Part shown: piece by piece, positions 37,911 through 45,645 of the stretch
Layout: the number at the start of each line of letters is the position of its first letter
Numbering within the stretch: position 1 is the stretch's first letter
DNA from: an uncultured Mageeibacillus sp.
GTDB taxonomy: Bacteria; Bacillota; Clostridia; Saccharofermentanales; DTU023
Length of the DNA stretch: 45,645 nucleotides
Direction: 5' to 3'
Assembly: GCA_964346085.1 (NCBI GenBank)
Contig: CAYFSZ010000003.1
Span: 1-45,645 of the forward strand
Translations under genes and position numbers: made by a program
Notes under the pieces: model-generated
The model's input: the letters and a program-made list of their open reading frames with translations, nothing else
Database searches by the model: none
Told to the model about the DNA's origin: nothing

Positions 37911-40324
37911 TCATTTTCTGAAGTAATTGTATAGGATTTCTCCTCATTCCAATCAACGATGATTAATTTGGTATCATTTAATTTTCCAGCCAATAATTCA
38001 TCGGCTAATTGATCTTCAATTTTTTTCTGTATCGTTTTGCGCAATGGTCTCGCACCATATTTAGGATTATAACCATCAATTGCTAATTGATTTCTAGCTG
38101 CATCTGTGATTGTGATTTCCATATTATGGCGTTTCACATCTCTTTCTACATCCTTTAACATTAAATCAACAATTTGACGAATTTCTTCTTTCGACAATTC
38201 ACTAAAGATGATCGTCTCATCAATACGATTTAAAAATTCAGGTCTAAAAATGTCTTCCATCGCAGATTGAACTCGATTCTCCATCGAGATTTTTCCGTCA
38301 GATCCGAATCCAATACTATTCCCTTTTAACGAGGTTCCTGCATTCGATGTCATGATGATAACAGTATTTGCGAAATTAACAACGCGACCTTGACTATCAG
38401 TTAATCGACCATCATCAAGAATTTGCAATAAAATATTGAACACATCTTTATGCGCTTTCTCAATTTCATCAAATAAAACAACACTATATGGTCTTCTTCT
38501 AATTTTTTCTGTTAATTGCCCGCCATCATCGTAGCCTACGTATCCTGGAGGTGATCCAATTAACTTACTGACTGTATGTGGCTCCATAAACTCTGACATG
38601 TCCAGACGAACTAGAGAATCCTCTTCTTCAAAAAGAGTTTCTGTCAAAGCTTTGACCAATTCTGTTTTACCAACACCAGTAGGGCCAACAAAGAAGAATG
38701 AAGGTGGTTTTTGTTCAGAACCGAATCCTGCACGCTTGCGACGAATAGCTCTAGCAACAGCGTTAACCGCTTCTTCTTGCCCGATGATGCGTTCATGTAA
38801 TCGTTCTTCAAGATGTAATAATTTATCTGTCTCTGTTTCTGTAATCTGTTGAACAGGAATCCCTGTCCACATTTCAACCACTTTTGCGATGTCCTCAACA
38901 TCAATCACAACTGGCTGACAAATTTCTTCAATTTCTTCTAAACGTTTGTTGATTTTCAACTGCTTTTCTCTGAGATTTGCATCATGTTCATAAAGTTCTA
39001 AGGCTTTTGCTTCATCTGTATTCTCAGTGATTTGTTTATATGAATCTGCAATTTCTTCGTCTAACTCTTTTGCTTTATTTTGTAGCTCTTTTTGTTCCGT
39101 TAATAATTTATTATCTAAATTCACTCTTGAACCTGCTTCATCGATAATATCAATCGCTTTATCAGGCAAGAATCTTTCATGAATATAGCGATCAGATAAT
39201 TGAACTGCTGACAAAATTGCAGTTGGAGTATATTTCACGAAATGATGTTTCTCATAATAATCTTTGACGCCATTTAGAATCTCAATTGCTTCTTTGACAG
39301 AAGGTTCATCAACAATGACTTTTTGGAAACGTCTTTCTAAGGCAGAATCCTTTTCAATGAAACGACGATATTCATCCAAAGTTGTTGAACCAATAACTGA
39401 AACTTCACCTTTTGCTAATGCTGGTTTGAGAATATTGGCTGCATTCATCGCTCCATCAGCGTCTCCTGCACCCATGATATTGTGCAATTCATCGATGACC
39501 AAAACGATGTTACCGTCTTTTTTTGCATCTTCAATGACGCCTTTCATACGGCTTTCAAATTGACCACGGAATTGAGTTCCTGCAACCATTGTCGTCATAT
39601 CCAATTGATAAATCTGTTTATCCAATAGTTTGGCAGGCACTTCTTTATTAACAATTTTGAGTGCTAACCCCTCAGCAATTGCTGTTTTACCAACACCTGG
39701 TTCACCAAGTAAAACTGGATTATTTTTATTTCGGCGATTAAGAATTTGAATCACACGATGCAATTCTTTATCTCGACCTATAATTTGATCGATTTCACCG
39801 TTTTGAGCCTTTGTTGAAAGATTCGTCCCAAATTGATCCAAATATTTATTTTTTCTCTTACGGCGACTTCTACCTTCATTAGCCTTTTTGGCATCATCTT
39901 TTTTCGATGTATCTGCTTTATTATCAATCGTTGCCGCCATTAAGCTGCTATGTTTATTATCGTCGATATCATCGTCTTCTTCGTCATCATCTTCTTCATT
40001 CATATTGAAAAACGGCATGTCATTCATATTGAAATCTCCAAAATTCAAACCATTTTCCATATCAAAATCATCACCCATCATGCCTTTTAAGAAATCAAAA
40101 GGACTTGAATCCCCCATTTGTTCCATGACAGAATTCATTCTTTCTTGAATCTGTTCGACATTTTCTTCATTAATTCCTGATTTTTTAAACAAGCCATCTA
40201 GTCCACCAATTTTTTTCTCGAAAGCACATTTTAAACAAATGCCTTCACTTACAGGTTCATTGTTGACCATTCTCGTTGTGTAGACAACAGCTTCATTTTC
40301 TTTACATATTTGACATTTTGACAT
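37907..40324 (-). CDS. clpE: ATP-dependent Clp protease ATP-binding subunit, ClpE type
   Basis: 805 aa. The N-terminal zinc ribbon uses C4/C7 and C30/C33 (KCQIC ... CLKC) instead of Clp_N repeats. An acidic linker ([13 protein letters not shown]) follows. There are two AAA+ modules (GEPGVGKT and GPTGVGKT). Confidence 0.85.
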   Translation of the reverse strand: MSKCQICKENEAVVYTTRMVNNEPVSEGICLKCAFEKKIGGLDGLFKKSGINEENVEQIQERMNSVMEQMGDSSPFDFLKGMMGDDFDMENGLNFGDFNMNDMPFFNMNEEDDDEEDDDIDDNKHSSLMAATIDNKADTSKKDDAKKANEGRSRRKRKNKYLDQFGTNLSTKAQNGEIDQIIGRDKELHRVIQILNRRNKNNPVLLGEPGVGKTAIAEGLALKIVNKEVPAKLLDKQIYQLDMTTMVAGTQFRGQFESRMKGVIEDAKKDGNIVLVIDELHNIMGAGDADGAMNAANILKPALAKGEVSVIGSTTLDEYRRFIEKDSALERRFQKVIVDEPSVKEAIEILNGVKDYYEKHHFVKYTPTAILSAVQLSDRYIHERFLPDKAIDIIDEAGSRVNLDNKLLTEQKELQNKAKELDEEIADSYKQITENTDEAKALELYEHDANLREKQLKINKRLEEIEEICQPVVIDVEDIAKVVEMWTGIPVQQITETETDKLLHLEERLHERIIGQEEAVNAVARAIRRKRAGFGSEQKPPSFFFVGPTGVGKTELVKALTETLFEEEDSLVRLDMSEFMEPHTVSKLIGSPPGYVGYDDGGQLTEKIRRRPYSVVLFDEIEKAHKDVFNILLQILDDGRLTDSQGRVVNFANTVIIMTSNAGTSLKGNSIGFGSDGKISMENRVQSAMEDIFRPEFLNRIDETIIFSELSKEEIRQIVDLMLKDVERDVKRHNMEITITDAARNQLAIDGYNPKYGARPLRKTIQKKIEDQLADELLAGKLNDTKLIIVDWNEEKSYTITSENE

Positions 40325-40338
40325 TCTTAATTTTTAAT

Positions 40339-40394
40339 CCAATCTATTTCAATCTATCTTTTCTATCCTTTATTATAAACCAAACTACATTATT

Positions 40395-40399
<5 letters not shown>
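40339..40399 (-). promoter_or_regulatory. candidate clpE promoter plus phased direct repeats (possible operator)
   Basis: The minus strand reads TTTGAA, then 16 nt, then TATAAT, and then aaaggATAGAaaagATAGATTGaaATAGATTGga. That gives three ATAGA units spaced 9 and 10 nt apart, the last two as an 8-nt perfect repeat. They lie between the -10 and the clpE ATG. Confidence 0.35.
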
Positions 40400-43298
<2,899 letters not shown>

Positions 43299-43336
43299 TT
43301 TTATCTTTTCTATTTTTTTAGTTTTTTATGAATGAA

Positions 43337-44191
43337 TTAGTTCTTCTTATCTAATTCATAGGCAATGATACCAAATGCAATTGCCGCATTTAACGATTCT
43401 GCATTACCTGGCATTGGTATTGTTATGATTTGATCCGCAATTTCTTTTAATTCATCAGAAATCCCATGTGCTTCATTGCCGATACAGATGACAAAGCTAT
43501 TTTCGCCATTTGCGAATTCAAATTTCTCTAAAGAAGTTCCATTCATATCGCTCAGGAGGACTGTAATTTTGTTCTTTATTGTAAGGTCCTTCAACTCTTG
43601 ATAATCTTCGACTTCAATTAAATCAAGTGCAAATAATGAGCCCATCGTAGACCGCATAACTTTTGGATTAAAAGGATCAACTGAACCTTTTTTCAGAATA
43701 AGGGCGTCATAATTGAAGGCATTTCCTGTACGAATCATGGTCCCCAAGTTTCCAGGATCATTGATTTGATCAAGTAAAGCAATTTTCAGGTTTTCTGAAT
43801 TCTGACTCTTGAAAAACCAGTCTTGCAGATTGTGCAGTTCAGGTTTTTCGATAATTAAGATGACACCTTGCGGCTGTCTCGAATCAGCTAAAGAAGCAAA
43901 CAACTCTTCTTCCACACGAAAACATTGTTTAATAAAAGCTTTTGCTTTGTCCTCGCCTTGTTTTTCTGCTGCTTCAAAAAAACGATTAAAAATGGTTTTT
44001 CCAATCTGATTATCGATAAATAAATACGAATCAATTTTCGCTTTGTTTTGTATCGCACTGATTGCTGCACGCACACCTTCAATTAATATCTGATTGTATT
44101 TTTTTACCCCTTGAGAAGTATTTAATTTTAACCATTGTTTCGCTTTTACATTTTGTCTTGAACTGATTAAGGTTATATCATTAAAATTCAT
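43337..44191 (-). CDS. TrmH/SpoU-family RNA 2'-O-methyltransferase
   Basis: The C-terminal SpoU motifs GNEAHGIS and IPMPGNAESLNAAIAFGI are present. I chose the ATG at 44191 (MNFND), which has an AAGGAA SD 8 nt upstream. The track start at 44212 is a TTG inside the hairpin. Confidence 0.8.
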   Translation of the reverse strand: MNFNDITLISSRQNVKAKQWLKLNTSQGVKKYNQILIEGVRAAISAIQNKAKIDSYLFIDNQIGKTIFNRFFEAAEKQGEDKAKAFIKQCFRVEEELFASLADSRQPQGVILIIEKPELHNLQDWFFKSQNSENLKIALLDQINDPGNLGTMIRTGNAFNYDALILKKGSVDPFNPKVMRSTMGSLFALDLIEVEDYQELKDLTIKNKITVLLSDMNGTSLEKFEFANGENSFVICIGNEAHGISDELKEIADQIITIPMPGNAESLNAAIAFGIIAYELDKKN

Positions 44192-44210
44192 TATTTTCAT
44201 TCCTTTATGC

Positions 44211-44239
44211 AAAAGAGCACCCTATCTGGATGCTCTTTA
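44211..44239 (-). terminator. hairpin after rplT (weak terminator or processing/attenuation site)
   Basis: The minus strand reads AAGAGCA-TCCAGATAGGG-TGCTCTT followed by only TTTTG. Confidence 0.45.
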
Positions 44240-44271
44240 ACCATTATATCATGTTTGAAAATAAGCTGAAA

Positions 44272-44625
44272 TTATAAAGCTGATTTTGCTGATTCACAAA
44301 GTTTTGCAAATGCTGCTTTGTCATTTACTGCTAATTCAGCCAAAATTTTTCTGTCTAATTCAATACCTGCTAATTTTAATCCATGCATTAAGCGGCTATA
44401 TGAAATTTCATTTTGTCTTGCTTCTGCATTGATTCTTGCAATCCATAATTTTCTGAAATCACGTTTTTTCTGACGGCGATCACGGAAAGCGTAAACACTG
44501 GATTTCATGACTTGTTGATTTGCTACACGGAATAATTTACTTTTACGACCGAAATAGCCTTTTGCTTGTTTTAATACTCTTTTATGGCGGCTTCTTAATT
44601 TAAAGCCTCTTTTTGCTCTTGGCAT
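44272..44625 (-). CDS. rplT: 50S ribosomal protein L20
   Basis: 117 aa, starting [26 protein letters not shown]. Confidence 0.97.
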   Translation of the reverse strand: MPRAKRGFKLRSRHKRVLKQAKGYFGRKSKLFRVANQQVMKSSVYAFRDRRQKKRDFRKLWIARINAEARQNEISYSRLMHGLKLAGIELDRKILAELAVNDKAAFAKLCESAKSAL

Positions 44626-44644
44626 AGGTTACCTCCGATAAATC

Positions 44645-44842
44645 TTATTTGTAAGGGATCAAACGTTTGATGCGTTTTGTATCAGGTTCGCTGGCTGTTA
44701 CGATTTGACGTAATTTACGTTTACGTTTTGTTGTTTTTTTCGTCAAAATGTGCTTTTTGAAAGCTTGGCCACGTTTCACTTTACCTGTGCCCGTTACTTT
44801 AAATCTTTTCTTTGAAGAACTATGTGATTTTTGCTTTGCCAT
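44645..44842 (-). CDS. rpmI: 50S ribosomal protein L35
   Basis: 65 aa, starting [24 protein letters not shown]. Confidence 0.95.
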   Translation of the reverse strand: MAKQKSHSSSKKRFKVTGTGKVKRGQAFKKHILTKKTTKRKRKLRQIVTASEPDTKRIKRLIPYK

Positions 44843-44882
44843 ATAGGCCTCCTTATCTCAATTGGATGAAGTTATCATCCTC

Positions 44883-45407
44883 TTATTTATCATTGCTTAG
44901 TGATAAATACATGACCATATGTCTACCTTCCATACTAGGTGCACGATCTACCTTGCAAATACTTCCCACTCTTTCGATGAAATCTTCCATGACTGCATAA
45001 CCTTGATCTTGGAAAGCCATCTCTCTACCTCTGAAACGAATAACAACTTTTACTCTGTCACCATTCTCGATAAAACGAATCGCATTTGTTGCTTTTACAT
45101 TTGTATCATGTTCTTCAGTAGTCAATTTAATTTGTACTTCTTTTAACGAAGTGGTTTGTTGATTCTTTCTCGCTTCACGTTCTCTTTTGGATTGTTCATA
45201 AGTGAATTTTCCGTAATCCAGAATTTTTGCAACTGCATTATTTGGATTATTTGAGATTAAAACCAAGTCCAAATCTCTTTCATAGGCAATTTCCAAAGCT
45301 TCATCTGTTGGAATAATACCTAATTGTTCTCCGTTCTCGTCAATTAATCGAACTTTGTCCACACGAATGTCTTCATTGATCATGTGGCTATTTTTTGATT
45401 TAGCGAT
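44883..45407 (-). CDS. infC: translation initiation factor IF-3, probable non-AUG (AUC) start
   Basis: The conserved block INEDIRVDKVRLIDENGEQLGI is present. The reading frame is open upstream of the ATG at 45383. An AAGGAGG SD (45414..45420) is followed 6 nt later by the in-frame ATC at 45405..45407 (IAKSKNSHMINEDIR). Confidence 0.85.
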   Translation of the reverse strand: MAKSKNSHMINEDIRVDKVRLIDENGEQLGIIPTDEALEIAYERDLDLVLISNNPNNAVAKILDYGKFTYEQSKREREARKNQQTTSLKEVQIKLTTEEHDTNVKATNAIRFIENGDRVKVVIRFRGREMAFQDQGYAVMEDFIERVGSICKVDRAPSMEGRHMVMYLSLSNDK

Positions 45408-45420
45408 AAGACACCTCCTT

Positions 45421-45550
45421 ATTTAATCGCATAAAAAAAGCGGATTGATTCCGCTATCTCAAAAAAACAACAAATTTAATCAGATGTTTTTCATATAAAC
45501 CTCTTCGCTTAGCTCAAGGTGAGATGGAATCTACTTTTTGTTACTTGGAT
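45421..45550 (-). promoter_or_regulatory. infC-rpmI-rplT leader with an intrinsic-terminator attenuator (L20-leader-like)
   Basis: A leader of about 125 nt lies between the promoter and the infC SD. The minus-strand hairpin AGCGGA-ATCAA-TCCGCT followed by TTTTTTT (45433..45455) sits directly before the SD. Upstream, CATCTCA can pair with TGAGAT next to the left arm of the terminator. Confidence 0.55.
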
Positions 45551-45579
45551 ACTATACAAGGGTGTTTTGGGATTGTCAA
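45551..45579 (-). promoter_or_regulatory. sigma-A type promoter of the infC operon
   Basis: The minus strand reads TTGACA, then 17 nt, then TATAGT. Confidence 0.6.
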
Positions 45580-45645
45580 GGGAGTTTTTGTTTAGGTTTT
45601 GACTTTGGGGTTTCCGTTTTAAGATTGCTTATCGAGTTTGCTTCT

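Overview
This is a 45.6-kb, AT-rich, gene-dense chromosomal segment of Bacillota (low-GC Gram-positive) type. Every gene I can support lies on the minus strand: 33 intact CDS, one tRNA and one pseudogene. The content is almost entirely core housekeeping. In minus-strand transcription order it reads: the infC-rpmI-rplT operon with an L20-type leader/attenuator, a TrmH-family methylase, uvrA, clpE, DUF975, an NfeD-like protein, a DUF4080 B12-radical-SAM enzyme, pgi, the TIGR03960 radical-SAM/DUF2344 pair, a sialate-O-acetylesterase-like protein, valS, fba, a decayed ilvE, cdd-udp-UDG4-uvrB, pgcA, dnaE, pfkA, mutS2, glgBCDA, a solitary tRNA-Leu(GAG), ynbB, an HlyD-like protein, ylmE-sepF and coaW. 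I saw no CRISPR array, transposase, integrase, phage genes or recognisable defence module, and I cannot point to a convincing new system. Five things are most worth a second look. (1) ilvE is destroyed by a clean internal deletion of about 0.6 kb. (2) The only sizeable non-coding gap lies next to ilvE and carries a plus-strand hairpin/terminator and a possible small RNA with a C-rich loop. (3) Two strings of uncharacterised genes are tightly packed among housekeeping genes: clpE-DUF975-NfeD-like-B12 rSAM, and rSAM-DUF2344-esterase-like-valS. (4) valS has no room for a T-box leader. (5) Phased direct repeats sit upstream of clpE where a CtsR box would be expected. All calls come from reading the sequence and recalling family motifs; no searches were run.
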